Below, piece by piece: positions 1-12,994 of a stretch of DNA of 64,000 nt. The stretch is from Octopus vulgaris (Eukaryota). A program made the translations under genes and the position numbers. The notes below the pieces were generated by a model that made no database searches, was not told the origin of the DNA, and saw only the letters and a list, made by a program, of their open reading frames with translations. Location: contig OX597821.1 of NCBI GenBank assembly GCA_951406725.2, positions 49,352,001-49,416,000 of the forward strand, in the 5' to 3' direction. The stretch's first letter is position 1. Each line of letters opens with the position of its first letter.

Positions 1-1640
1 TTTTATTATGGGGGAGGTCCAGGTTTTTGGAAATTACCCAGTGAATATATTGTGCAGCTCTGTCATGCCTGTTGAGATACTCTGTAGGCACAAGAAAACT
101 GCACATGGAGACAACATGATCAATGGTCTCATTTTGTTGTTGACATACATGACATACTGGGGAGCTGCCGTTCTTTAATATGTTGGCCTGATAGTTCCTT
201 GTAGGTAGGCATTAATCTTGGGCTGCTATGATAAACCCTTCTGTTTCTGATTTTAAGCCAGAAGCCATTAACCATTAATGGGTAAGGGCTTTGTCAACAT
301 TGGCGTTATTCGCTCTCTTTGGATATTTTCCATTGAGAGGTTTTTCTTGCCATTTAACATCCAGTCCTCAGAGTTTTTCAGGTAGGTGCCTAGGCCAATT
401 ATGGCAACCTTCATTGTTAATGCCAGTTGTAAGAATCCACGGCCTCCCTCTTTTCTTGGCAGATAAAGTCGTTCTATATCTGCCTTAGGGTGGTGCATTC
501 TATGCATTGTCATCAGCTTTCGTATTTTTCTGTCAAGATTACATATTTTAGTAATCGACCAGTTAATGATATTGAAACTGTAAGTCACGACTGGCATGGC
601 TAAAGCATTGATTGCTTCAATCCTGTTTCTTGCATTTAGCTCTGTCTTCAGTATTGCTCTCACCCTGCGATAACATTCTCTTCTGATCCTTTCCCTCATC
701 ACTGCATGTTTGATTCTGTCCCCTTCAATTACCCCTAGGTATTTGTAGCTTTCCGCTGGTTCTAACTCTTTTATGAGATTCTGCTGGTCAAGGTTAACGT
801 TAGATGTTTCTGTCATTTTTCCTTTGATAATGGTAGCTTTTGCACATTTATCAAGGCCAAATTGCATTCTGATGCCATCACTGAATTGTTTATTGTTGTT
901 GTTTTCACCGCCAACAACAACAACGACAAGATTGTTTACATGCTGGACAAAATACCAAATAACATTTCTTCTGGCATTATGTTCAAATGTTACCAAGGTT
1001 CTATTATCTGTATTATCTTTAACATCCTCTGTATTTCTCATCTCAAGAAAATCTTCTATTCTCTTCTCAGCTCTTTGGTTAAACTCCTCCTTGCCCATCA
1101 TTTCCTATCCACATTGCATCCCTTTTATGCACCACATTGTTCCCCTATAATCCGCTCCAGAATTCCTTTGCTTGATTTGCATCAGGAGAAACATTTTCCC
1201 CTTTGTCTCCTTCTAACGTTTGGAAGAATTGCTTCGGGTTATTTTTGAACAATCTGTTGTTCTCCTCAATCTGCTTCTTTCTTTTGAAAAATCTTCTGAT
1301 CTTCTTGCTTTTTGCCATTATTCTCTGTTTTAACAGCTCTATTACTGCATCAAACCCGTTCTTCCCTATTTTATATTTCTTTTCTAATTTTTCTCAGTCA
1401 GTCTTTTTTCCATTTTTCCAGTTTCCTCCTAACCATTGCTCAGTTTTTCCTAGATCTTGCCTTGCCCACACTATGTCCCTTTCAATGCATCATTTCCACC
1501 ATGGTTCTTTTGCTCCATTAGTTTTTGTTCTCTTAAATTGTAATTTCTCCTCAACAAGTAGCTCAGTTTGTGTTATGTCCTCTGTCTGGTTGTATGGTAT
1601 AACTATTTATCTTTTGTGTTACTTTATTTATCATACTCCT
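1..1640 (-). mobile_element. Decayed R4/Dong-type RLE non-LTR retrotransposon, RT core deleted
   Basis: ORF 268..1101 has FGLDKC, YKYLGV, HHPKADIERLYLPRKEGGRG. The minus strand of 1-270 has SETEGFIIAAQD and C..C...ETIDHVVS. Runs off the window start. Confidence 0.85.
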
Positions 1641-1899
1641 ATCTACCCTTCTCATTCATATTCATGGAGAATCGTTAGCGCTTGCTGGGCAACATCCACT
1701 TACCAAGTGGGTTACATTTTTCACATTCTTTCCACAGAGTCTAGACTTTGCTTTCATTCTTTCAAGGTTGATAAATTAAATGCTAGTGAAGCACTGGGAT
1801 CACTGTAATCGACTAGTACCCTCCCACCAAATTTCAGGCTATGTGCCTTTAGTAGAAAGGATCATTATTATTATTCCTTCATTTGCACAGTGATGATCT

Positions 1900-2640
1900 T
1901 TTTCACACTGGATCATTTGACTCCATATCAAGTTATATAACCTCATATAAACAGTACTTTCCACAACATATTTACTGTTGTAACGCTGATTGTGTTGATG
2001 TTTCTGAAAGTTTTTCATCACTAGTCCAAGTGTTCAAATCACAGTGGACTCTACTCTTGCTGGTATATTCCACATTCTCTCAACATGTTTTCCTAGGTCT
2101 ACATATTGTACGATTTTCTCATTTTCTTTACTTTTGATATAACGATATCCTGGGCAACCTACATTGATCAACAAACACCTTGTACTATTTCTCTCCTCCA
2201 AAATTATGTTTGGCATGTTCAAGGACTCTATTTGTCTGGATTGTGAAGTCCCACAAGAGTTTCACAGTGTGATTTTCTAGAACTTTCTCTGGTCTTTGCT
2301 GATACCATTTCTCAGCGGTTAGAAACTAATATTTCTTGCATAAAGACCAGTGGAAGAGCAAGCACACTTTATTACAATACCTTTTATACTCTCTCTCTCT
2401 CTCTCTCTGCAAACATGTCACAGGTACTCACAGTGTGTATCACATTTCTCCCTTTCTTCCCACATAACCTACACTTGTTTCATCTAGGTTATACATATTC
2501 CTTATCAAGTTTATGTTCAGTGCTTAATCTTCAGCAGCCACCAACAAATTTTCAGTCTCTCTTTTAAGATCATCTTTTATCAGCCACAGACATGAACATT
2601 CTACTTTTACTTCCTTTGTTTATATTTTGAATTGACTGTG
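1900..2640 (-). mobile_element. Old R4/Dong-like C-terminal fragment
   Basis: Minus-strand translation gives WLIKDDLKRETENLLVAAE and YKR..NKVC...HWSLCKKY, with stops. Confidence 0.6.
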
Positions 2641-2738
2641 TAATTTCATAATCATTAACTGTAAATAGAAATCATTGTTTTGATGCGGAACGTCTCTCAG
2701 ACTGTCGCTAATGTTGTTTCTTCTTATTTTCCCTGCAG

Positions 2739-2778
2739 CATACATACTGTCGCAGATGTGTAAATAACCACAGTGATG
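2739..2778 (+). CDS. TRAF7: TRAF7 exon (first in window): C-terminal half of RING, HTYCRRCVNNHSD
   Basis: Pyrimidine tract plus ccctgcag acceptor and g|gtaagc donor. The 40-nt exon matches vertebrate TRAF7 HTFCRRC and joins the next exon in frame (g+ac = Asp). Not in the ORF track. Confidence 0.9.
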
Positions 2779-2793
2779 GTAAGCTATTCAATT

Positions 2794-2873
2794 TTCTTCT
2801 TCTTCTTCTTCTTCTTCTTCTTCTTCTTCTTCTTCTTCTTCTTCTTCTTCTCCTCCTCCTCCTCCTCCTCCTC

Positions 2874-2947
<74 letters not shown>
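2794..2947. repeat. Compound microsatellite (TTC)n(TCC)n(TAC)n
   Basis: Read directly; starts about 16 nt after the exon donor. Confidence 0.98.
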
Positions 2948-2948
<1 letters not shown>

Positions 2949-3030
2949 GACAGAATTGCTCCTCCTCCTACTACTACTTGACAGAATTGTTTAGTGCCTA
3001 ATGGCAAAATTTGAAACTGCTATTATTATT

Positions 3031-4050
3031 AAGGTAGCATGCTGGGCAAAATGCTTAGCAACATTTTGTCTGTCTCTACATTCTGATTTCAAATACTGCC
3101 AGGGTCGACCTTGCCTTCCATCCTTTGGGGTTGATAAAATAATTACCAGTTGAATACTGGGGTTGATGTAATTGACTATCCCCCTCCCCAAAATTTCAGG
3201 CCTTGTGCCTATAGTAGAAAAGATTATTATTAGTTTCATTATTAAAGCAGTGAGCTGGCAGAATCGTTAGCACACCAGGTGAAATATTTAGTGGTATTTC
3301 GTCTGTCTTCATGTTCTGAGTTCAAATTCCACTGAGGTTGACTCTGCCTTTCATCCTTTCAGGGTTGATAAATTAAGTACCAGTGAAACACTGGGGTCAA
3401 TGTAACTGGCTGTCCTCCTCCCACAAACTTCAGGTCTTGTGCCTGTAGTAGAAAGGATTTTTATTTTAATTAAGGTGGTAAACTGGCAGAATCATTAGCA
3501 TGCCAGACAAAATGCTTACCAGCAGTTCAAGTTCTGCCAAGATCAACTTTATCTTTCATCCTTTCAGGGTCGGTAAAATAAGTACCAATTGAGCATTGGC
3601 GTCAGAGTGAGATATTAGCTATCTTTTCCAAATTTCAGATCTTGTGACTATAGTAGAAATTATTGTTATTGTTTTGGGGTTAATAAAATAAGTTAATAAT
3701 AATAATAGTAATAGAAATAAGTTAATAAAATAACCCTCACTTCTCCCTGAAATTGCTGGCCTTGTACCAAAATTTGAAACCATTATTATTATTGTTATTC
3801 CTCCAAGATCGACTTTGCCTTTTATCCTTTCGAGGTCAATCAAATAAGTACCAGTTAACCATTAGAGTTGATGTAACTGACCAGTCTATTTCCCCAAAAT
3901 TTAAGTCCTTGTATCTATAGTAGAAAGGACTACTACTACTATGGTTAGTGGGTTGACAGAATTGTTTTATTTAGACAAAATGCCTTAGGCTATTTGTCTG
4001 ATGTTTTATGTTCTGAGTTCAAATCCCGCCAATCTTAAATTTTTCTTTCC
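3031..4050 (+). mobile_element. Head-to-tail cluster of about 5-6 tRNA-derived SINE copies
   Basis: Repeated gagctggcagaatcgttagc (A-box-like), gagttcaaattcc (B-box-like), gcctttcatcctttc.gggt.gataaa.taagtacc core and (ATT)n tails. Same family at about 1666-1875, 19700-19990, 41060-41240, 46560-47382 and 52350-52545. Confidence 0.85.
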
Positions 4051-4369
4051 TTACCGATATATCTTAATAAATGGTGTTGTACCGTTTACCACAACAATAA
4101 CTATAACTCTCATGATTGTTTCAAATACTAAATCTCATAATGTCTGACCACGTATACATGCTAGGTGACCCTCACTTACATAATGGGCAACCACACCTAC
4201 ATGATTGGTAACCATACATAACACTCGCAAAACTTCCATCACAAATGATAGGATTTCTCTTTAGAGCTAGAAAACAATGGAAACCTAGTCAGTTATTGAC
4301 TCAACAAACCTCAAGTTCAACTGTTACTGTGGCACTGACCATATATATGTGATTGTGGTGTTACTACAT

Positions 4370-4683
4370 GCATACTGGTGGCATGTAAAAAGCACCATCC
4401 GTTCGTGGCCGTTGCCTGCCTCGCCTGGCCCCCGTGCCGGTGGCATGTAAAAAGCACCATCTGATCGTGGCCGTTTGCCAGCCTCGTCTGACACCTATGC
4501 CGGTGGCACGTAAAAAGCACCCACTACACTCACGGAGTGGTTGGCGTTAGGAAGGGCAGCCAGCCGTAGAAACATTGCCAGATCAGACTGGGCCTGGTGC
4601 AGCCTTCTGTCTTCCCAGACCCCAGTTGAACCGTCCAACCTATGCTAGCATGGAAAGCGGATGCTAAACGATGATGATGATGA
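4370..4683 (+). mobile_element. RTE-family 3' UTR fragment with 3 tandem modules and (GAT)n tail
   Basis: The same sequence follows the RTE ORF at 39185-39645. Confidence 0.85.
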
Positions 4684-5376
4684 TATATCCTATACCACGC
4701 TATCACTGACCACAGCCATAAGAAGACTCTCTCACTCATACATATTCTGTTTCCTCCTTACTTCATCTACCATTATTATGTTGGCTTTTGCACCTATAAA
4801 CACCATTACCTCTGGAGTTATCTAACATACCCATATCTTTTCTCCTCATCACCTTTATTATGTCTCAACTCCCAAACCATGCATTTGGTCCACATTTTTC
4901 CCCATTCCCAGAGCTGTAAACCTCTGAAATTCTCCTTGCCTGTCTGTTGTTGCCAGATAATATTCCACAGTCTTCTATTCTCAAACTCTGAGTGGTTCTT
5001 GAAGTACGAAGGAAAATAACGTGAAATTTATTGGTAGAATTTAAGAAAATTGGAATTCAGTAGAAACCTAGCACTTCATGGGTCTTGGCATTCTCCAAAG
5101 AATATAAACAGTGAAATCCCCTAAAGTCTTTCAATTTTAGATGAACCGAAAGACACTGCCTCTATGATTTACATTCAGGCTGTGACCCTGAGGAATTTGA
5201 AATATTTGAAGAAGTTGTTATGGTATTTCTCTCTTTACCTTCTTGCCTCAGTTCAGTGGACCATATCATCAGATGATGTGAATTCTAAACTGTGTTGGGA
5301 AAAGATTTGTCAATCTATTGAAAACTTTAAAAATGTACTCACCCCTTCCAATGCTTAACATCATGAACTTGTTTAA

Positions 5377-5780
5377 CCCTTTCGTTACCAACCCGGCTGA
5401 AACCGGCTCTGGCTCTGAGTACAAATGTTGTGTTTACATAAGTTTTGAATTAGAATCTTCCACCAAACCTTTGTCACAATTTATGTTCCTAACACTAGCT
5501 GAATGATAACTAAGTTATTTTACTAAATTCTTTGTTATATTTAAAGTAATTGAAGTTAGGTTTAGGGTTATATGTATGTATATATGTATGTTACTCCATA
5601 CATACCTACATATATATGTATCAGCATCATCATCATCATTGTGATGCAATCATGCATGCATGATAGCATGGACAATGGACATTAAACGATGATGATACAT
5701 ACTTGCATACATACAAACACACAAACAAAAGCTGTTAATGAAAAGGAAAACATCTCAAAATAAATACAATAATGAAAGGG
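5377..5780. mobile_element. piggyBac-type MITE with internal insertion
   Basis: TTAA|CCCTTTCGTTA ... TAATGAAAGGG|TTAA. Related copy at 60093-60299. Confidence 0.75.
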
Positions 5781-6790
5781 TTAAAAACATTATAGTTTAT
5801 AAAAATATTAACTAACACAATTTTGAAAAGTACCTATATTTTCTTCACCAAATTCTGCATACTGCAGGCATCTATCCACATCTTGTAGAGATAGCATTAC
5901 ATTGTCATGTCATTGTCTAATGTCTACAGAGTTGCTGTTTACAACTAGTTTTTGTAGCATAGAAATTAGAGTTTTCCCTGGGATAGAACACTGCTCAACC
6001 ACACCTAACTTTTCCAATCAAAAGGATTGCATTCTTGCCTTTACAAAATGAAAAATCACTTCAGAATTTTTTGCTACTGCTGCTTTGTGATGAGTTATAC
6101 TCTGCATTACTCAATATTAGTTATACCCATTGTGATTCTTAATTTGACCTATATAGACTTAGCCATTCAGAATTAACTACCTTAACACACTGTAGGCTTT
6201 GGCAGAATGTGAACTGTCAAACTCTTGACTAGTTACCTACTAGCCTGTCTGGATGATGCCTCAATTAAAAAAAAAAAGATGTTGCTGTTATATGCATGAG
6301 AATACATACATAAAACAAAACGAACAAATCTGCATATACACATACATACACACACACAAAACACCCTGTTGATGTTGTTGAAATTCCAATGAAGGAACCC
6401 TGGATCTTGGTTAGAAACTGGCTCTTTCTTTATTGACAAGAAATCTTGAAATAAAGCTGAATAGTAATGTGTATGCATACACAAATGCATGCATGTACAC
6501 GCACATGTGCACACACACACATACATAGAGAGATAAATTTGTTTACTAGCTAAACTACTTTACTTGTGTGCATGCAAGTAAAATAGTTTTGTTTAACAAA
6601 ATTCAGTTTCACCTGTTCATCAAAAATATGTCTGAGTTTTTAGGCTTGCTTGTCAAGTATATTTAATAGCTGTGGTATAATAACTGTACAGAATTAGAAT
6701 AATTATTTGCTCCCCTGATTACCTGATACCCTGTCAAACTCAGCCATCCAAGCCCTCACTAGATAATGATCTTTACTATTTCTGTTGTAG

Positions 6791-6968
6791 ACACATGTCC
6801 AGTGGATAACCAGAAATTAATGATTGTTGTTGCCAACATTGCTGTCTCTGAACAGATAGGGGAGCTCCAAATTCACTGTAAATACGGCTGTAAACCCAGT
6901 GAAGATGGATCGCCACATGTTGTAGACACAACGAAATGTCCAGTAATTGTCAAGTTGAGCAATCGACG
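6791..6968 (+). CDS. TRAF7: TRAF7 exon: RING end, TCPVDNQKLMIVVANIAVSEQIGELQIHCKYGC...CPVIVKLSNR
   Basis: tgtag acceptor, cg|gtaagt donor. Matches TRAF7 CPVDN.KL.VV.NIAV.EQIGEL.IHC. Confidence 0.96.
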
Positions 6969-9175
6969 GTAAGTCCATAATTTTACCATCAGTAAATCAG
7001 TTTTTATAGCTAAAACCATGTTTATTACTGTTTTACATCTTTTTTCGTCTGTTTTCACTGGTTGAATCAAGAAAAGCTGTGGCCTTGCCTCCTTTCCAGG
7101 GTCTTCAAGGCAGATGAGAGTGAGGGCCTTAATGTTTGCAACAGGGTGAATTCTTTGTAAGGCATCCAAGGGCCAGGTGGCAGCGTTAAACAGATTAACT
7201 CAATTATCCAAAGCAGGAATGCTCCCCCATTCTCCAATACAGTTTCCATTTATCAAATTGATCTCCCAAGACATTTTACAAACTCAGCAGTAGAAGGCAC
7301 TTGCCCAAGGTGCCACGCAATAGGACTGAGCCTCAAACCACATAACTATAAAACAAAAATCTTATGACTATTTTTGTCAAGTCTGATTTTTGAGATTTTT
7401 TTTTATATTTCTATATAGTTGTTCCTCCCACTGCTAAACATTCACTATATAGCAGTGAAACAAGTAGATTTGTGTGATTTGCTCAAGGAAGCAATGCAAG
7501 TGTTGCTGGTATTTGGCTCCCAGCTAACTCAGATCAAACTATTTTTTTTTAATCTATCCTTCCATTTTTAAGATGATATTGTGTGATTTAATGAAGATTT
7601 GGCCTCTATTTCTTAACAAATCAAGAAACCATGTATGGGCTTCTTCATTGACTTGGGTTGTTTTGTTTTTATTGCTTAACCCTAGGACAGCTCTGATCCA
7701 ACAGACCTTTGTTAAAAAATGCTCTAGCTGTGATCATCTCATTATTATCCATTGCAACATTCTTTTACAATAGTGCAGTGTGATCTGTGGGAGCATTGAC
7801 TGCTATTCCTAGCTGGTCAAGTGACCACATAGAATCTGCTCTGATTGGTTTTTATTGGTGGCAAAATAATTTCAACAACTGACCCTGTAGTCCAAGCCAC
7901 TCTGCCTACTTTCATTACTTTGTCTCTGATAACATCTGTGACATTCCCAGTTGGTACCAACTGTATGGACATCACATTCACCACCCCACCATCTGGGAAC
8001 AACAAGGTTACTATGCTGCCATCTTAGAACAACATGATTCTTGACAGAGGCTACAGTCAATTACATTAATACCAGTAATTGAGTGGGGTTTTAGCATTCA
8101 CATTATTCTGTCAAATGTAATGCTTATTTATTCACATTTTGTATTAATCATGCATTATTTCAAAGCTTCAAAATTTCAATGATGTGATTGTTTATTTTGA
8201 GAATGACTTTGTAGGATAAGTGCAAGAGGCCAGATCTGGCCAGTTTGAGCATAAAACTGTTAGCCTATTGGGCTAGATATGGCTGGTTCAAGCGCTAAAG
8301 GATCCAAATGATGAAAGGACAAACGTGGCTTTAGTGGATTTGAACTCAGAACATAAATTTATTTACTACATGTAATACTGATAATAATATAGCAATATCC
8401 TCATTATATATATTCTCTTAGTGTTTCTCCTTTTGTTTTTGTCTCTCTGTCATATTCCCCCCAACTCCTTATTCTTTCTCTCATTCCTTACCTTTCTCTT
8501 CAGTTATACATACTTCTCTCTCTCTCTCTTTCGTTATTCAGTCTCCTTCCTGTATTTGCTTGGCCACAAATGATTTCTGTGAAGTCACTCACCGACACAC
8601 ACACATGCACGCATGCACACACACACACACTCTCTCTCTCTCTCTCCAATTTCTTTCCCACAAACATGTATCTCCTCTCTTTCAGCTCTATTTGTCCACT
8701 CTTTGCTCACACTTCTTTTCTCCTCTTATCCATTACTTTACTACCACATCTAACACTAAACACTATGTCCAGTCCTTCTTCTCCAGAGTATATCTCCCTT
8801 GGAATTTCCTCCATTTATGTGTTTTTCTTCCGGCCATTAACTTAACAGAACATTAACAGCATCAGTCTCCTCAGTATGAGAGGTGTGTGAAGGCTCTGGA
8901 GACTTCCTTCAGTTGAAACCAATTAAAAAGTCCCTTGTAAACATCCTCTCTCCCTCATTCTTTTGCTCTCTTTAATTATCACTTGACACTCTTTTGTATG
9001 CTCTCTCTCCATTTCTCTCTCTCTCTCTCTCACACTTTATGATCCCTCTCTCCTACCATTTATATCTCCATTCTGTTTCCTAATTTCCATTTTATCCTTT
9101 TACATCTTATATTTAATATGTTGACATTAACACAATATTTTAATTTTGTGTTTTAATGTTTTAACATTATTTCAG

Positions 9176-9251
9176 TGTTCATGAAGATGAATGTGACTTT
9201 GTCCCGGTAGAATGTCCCAACAATGTTGGATGTCCATCACTACTTAAAAAG
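9176..9251 (+). CDS. TRAF7: TRAF7 exon: zinc finger, VHEDECDFVPVECPNNVGCPSLLKK
   Basis: tttcag acceptor, aag|gtacct donor, phase fits neighbours. Matches HE..CD..PV.CPNN..CP.LL. Confidence 0.94.
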
Positions 9252-9892
9252 GTACCTTATTATATAAATTAATTAAGCCATTGTAAACATTACTTGCTTG
9301 TTTGTTTTTAGTTTTTATTGTTTTCTAGACAGCTGTTCAGGTTGTCACTCACCAGGTTTTATCACTCACCTGGCTTTGTTAGTCCTACACCTACCCAGTC
9401 CTCCTCTTAGTCAGACCCTCCACACACACACACATGTATCTGTAAGTCACTTCTCTTAGTGACATCCCCACATATCTGTGAATCACTTCACTTCTCTTAA
9501 CCACGTCCCCATCATATCATTTCCCTGTGAATCACTTCTATATGACAAATAGAGGCCATCTTATCAATTTAATATGCCTGCTTACTAATTGCACACAAAA
9601 ATTGATAAGCTAAACACTGTAATTAGTGTATTTTGATTTGTTAAACTCTAATTACAAAATAATTAATAAATCACTATAATTAGAGTATATTCTATATTAA
9701 ATTGGCAAGTTCCATTTCACTTGATTCTCAGTTAAAAATCTCTTGTTTCAGGACTTCTTTTTTCCATTATTATTGCTATCCAAAATCTTAATAATGTAGC
9801 CAGCAAGATATAGTCCATTAAAACTGTGTCGTTTTTTTAGATGAAGTCATCAAGTACACTTTTATTTGATGGTCCTTTCAACAGACGTGTGC

Positions 9893-11084
9893 AAAATCTA
9901 TAAAACCAATCTATATTATGGTGAAACATGTTGGTGTCTTTATTGGCTAGCTGTTGTCTGACAGTTTGTTCCTAAGAGAAGATTGCTAACTGAGTCGTCG
10001 CTAAACCATAACATTTCTCAGATAACCTTCACCTATAGATTTTCTCACAGCACATCTGCTCTGTTGACTTTGAAATATATGTATTACCTTAGTGTTGTTA
10101 ATATTTCACTGTCTCAGTCTGTCTGGGTAAACAGATGTACCACTCACCTTTGTAAGTATTAAGAGTGTTTTGTATAGCTCACACATATTTGCTTAAGTTG
10201 CAACACTGAATTCAAATTCTTCTATATGCCATCACCAAGATAAAAGCATTCACAGTGAAGATCTGATTCAATAATTTTATCATCACAGGGCTAACAAGTG
10301 TGAGATGACTCAATGCACCTAGTTTTATAGATTGTGGGGATAAGACAATTTCAAACAATTGTTTCCTCTGCTAATGTAACTGCCAAATCCCTGTGAAGAT
10401 TTCCTCTGCTTGTAGTCTTGAAACTATTTGTATTATGACAAAGGAAGGATTGTCCAATCTAAAGACCCAGTCTAATGATACAGTTTGAGATATTTGAGTT
10501 TATTGTGTTCTGATTATTTTAGTGACCTACAAAAATATTATGAGTGGAGGAGGATGTTCTGAAAGTAGAATTACTAGAATAATAACAGGATGAATAAAGT
10601 TCAGATAGTTATTACCTCTGTTGGTAACAAAAGATTTCTTTCTCAAAGTGAAAAGTAGATTGTATGATGTTTGTACATGAACAGCAGGGTTACATGGTAG
10701 AGAGACACAAGCCCTAGATGAAAAGGATGTGCAAAAACTAGAAAGAAATGGAGTTGGCACGTTCCATTGGATTTGAAACATCAGTATGCTTGTATGATAA
10801 AGTCCAAAATACTATTAATAGTTACAAAGCTGAGTGGTACATCTGTTTACCCAGACAGACTGAGACAGTGAAATATTAACAACACTAAGGTAATACAGAT
10901 ATTTCAAAGTCAACAGAGCAGATGTGCTGTGAGAAAATCTATAGGTGAAGGTTATCTGAGAAATGTTATGGTTTAGCGACGACTCAGTTAGAAATCTTCA
11001 CTTAGGAACAAACTGTCAGACAACAGCTAACCAATAAAGACACCAACATGTTTCACCATAATATAGATTGGTTTTATAGATTTT
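9893..11084. repeat. 270-bp inverted repeat (9893-10162 / 10815-11084)
   Basis: The arms are reverse complements, with about 6 mismatches counted by eye. Confidence 0.95.
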
Positions 11085-11300
11085 ATAAACTGGGCACAAA
11101 AGAAATCAGATGATCAAGAGAGAAGGTTGCATTGGTATGGTCATATGATGTGTATGGATGAGGACGGTTGCATGAAGAAGTACAGATTATTAAGCATGGA
11201 TGAAACTTGTGGAAAAAGGAGACCCAGGAAGAGAAGAGACAAAGTAACGTTGACCTATCTCAGGATGTTGAACCTCATGACAGAGATAATATAGGATTAG
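10530..11300 (+). mobile_element. Decayed RTE-family 3' ORF fragment, interrupted at 10815-11084
   Basis: Homologous to 38640-39130 (ELLPLLVTK, HG.ET, ERRL.WYGH, GRPRK). Confidence 0.8.
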
Positions 11301-12194
11301 TTGACTGGTGATTGGTTGGTCCTGAAAGCATGTTGTTTATGTCTGTGCCCCAGCACCTAGTCTACCTAACACCCATCTTTCCATCACTCTTCTAACTACA
11401 GCACTATTTACTTAGTTGCTGTAATTATATGAGAGCAGAACTGCACATATTTCATCTGCTTTTGTGCTGTCAGTTATCCGTTTCTTTGGAAACACTTCCT
11501 TTTATTATCTCTCCCTCATTCTCAGTATTATCTCATACCATTCGTTTTCCACCGAACATACCCTTCCTCTTAGCTATATCCTATGACTGCCATATCTCAT
11601 ACTTAACATCCTATCTTGTATGTCACCAACAACCTCCTCCACTTACTATATCCAGCCTACATACTCTATTGATCACTTACTATATCTACCTCCATCCCCA
11701 CCACCTTTGTATCATCTCCCTGTTTTCATTTATCTACAAGTTAATTATACTGCTGCTGTCCACCCTTTTTTTCTACCACTACATCACTTTCTCCGCCCTA
11801 ACCCACACTTATTTCTTTTACCTCTTCCAAAACTGACATTCACTGTTAACCACACCACCACTTTTGTTCACTATTCACTGCATTCACCTCTATTTCCAAC
11901 TCTAGCAATCAGTCACTTACCTTTCACACTCTTGCTAACTTACCCACCCACCATCTCAATCCTCTACCCTCATTCTTTCATATTCACCTCTTGTAACTTA
12001 AAAATATGACCTGATACCTTGTTATCACCATTTTTATCTCTTTTTCCAGTTAGAGTAGCCATGTAACTCTTCCACAAGACACTTGTATCATACTTTTAGC
12101 TTCCCACCCAGCAACATGCCATGCTTGAGAAGATCCATCAAGCCAAGTGAAATTGTAGTTATGGTTGATGCTGCTGTCACAGCACCTTTCAAGC

Positions 12195-12540
12195 ATTGGG
12201 CCTCACGCAGGCAAAGTGGCCAATACCAGTGGCACATGAAAAACACCTTTCATGTGTTGGGTCTCACGGAGACAATGACAAATGACCAAGACCTTTGGCA
12301 TTATGCTGTGATTGAGAAGAAGACCTACCAAGCCAAGTGTCATGCAAATGGTATCCATGTCAGTGACACATAAAAGCCCCCATTACACACTTGGAGTGGT
12401 TGGCATTAGGAAGGACATCCAGCCATAGAAACCATGTCAAATCAGACTAGAGTTTGGTGCAGCCTTCTAGCTTGCCAGCCCCGGTCAAACCATCCAACCC
12501 ATGCTAGCATAGACAGCAGTTGTTAAATGATGATAATGAT
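12195..12540 (+). mobile_element. RTE-family 3' end fragment
   Basis: LGLTETMTNDQDLW plus the conserved 3' UTR and a GAT tail. Confidence 0.8.
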
Positions 12541-12994
12541 GTACTAGTTAGTAGTTTCTCATGAGGAAATATTTGTTTGAAAGAAGGGCAGTTTTCTGAA
12601 ATATGTTGGTAACTTCCATGCAATATTTTTGAAATGCCAGTAAAATTTTGGTGCAGTTTTATAAACTGAGTCACTCTTAATTTATTATACATTGTATCAA
12701 CATTCTTCTTACTGTTTTTTCACTTTGGGGAAGAGTTACGTCAATCCTCAAAAATTAGTAATAATAGTAATCTAATATAATAAATGCGAGTGTCAGTGTG
12801 TCACACTTTTTCAACTTTACTCCTCGAGGCCATAGCCCAACATATCATACCATTTTGGAATCAGGCTGAGTCTGTGAGGAAATTAAAAACATTTCAGGCC
12901 AAATCTGGATCCACAATCCTGAAATTTTTGATTCCCAAATTTTCGATACGTGCGTACAAAGAGTAAATAAAATTTAAGGGCAGATAACTAATAA

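Noticed and set aside
1203-1808. 201-aa hydrophobic ORF
   Set aside because: Antisense shadow of the A-rich retrotransposon strand running into a SINE.
2708-3007. Poly-Ser/Arg and poly-Phe/Tyr ORFs
   Set aside because: Microsatellite translations.
3246-3335. tRNA gene
   Set aside because: A/B-box-like head of a SINE; no intact cloverleaf.
5185-5230. Third hammerhead at cctgagga
   Set aside because: No stem II plus GAAA plus UH arrangement could be completed.
9700-10500. P-element/THAP9-like transposase remnant on minus strand (LYLAGYII)
   Set aside because: Only one short motif; too degenerate to support.
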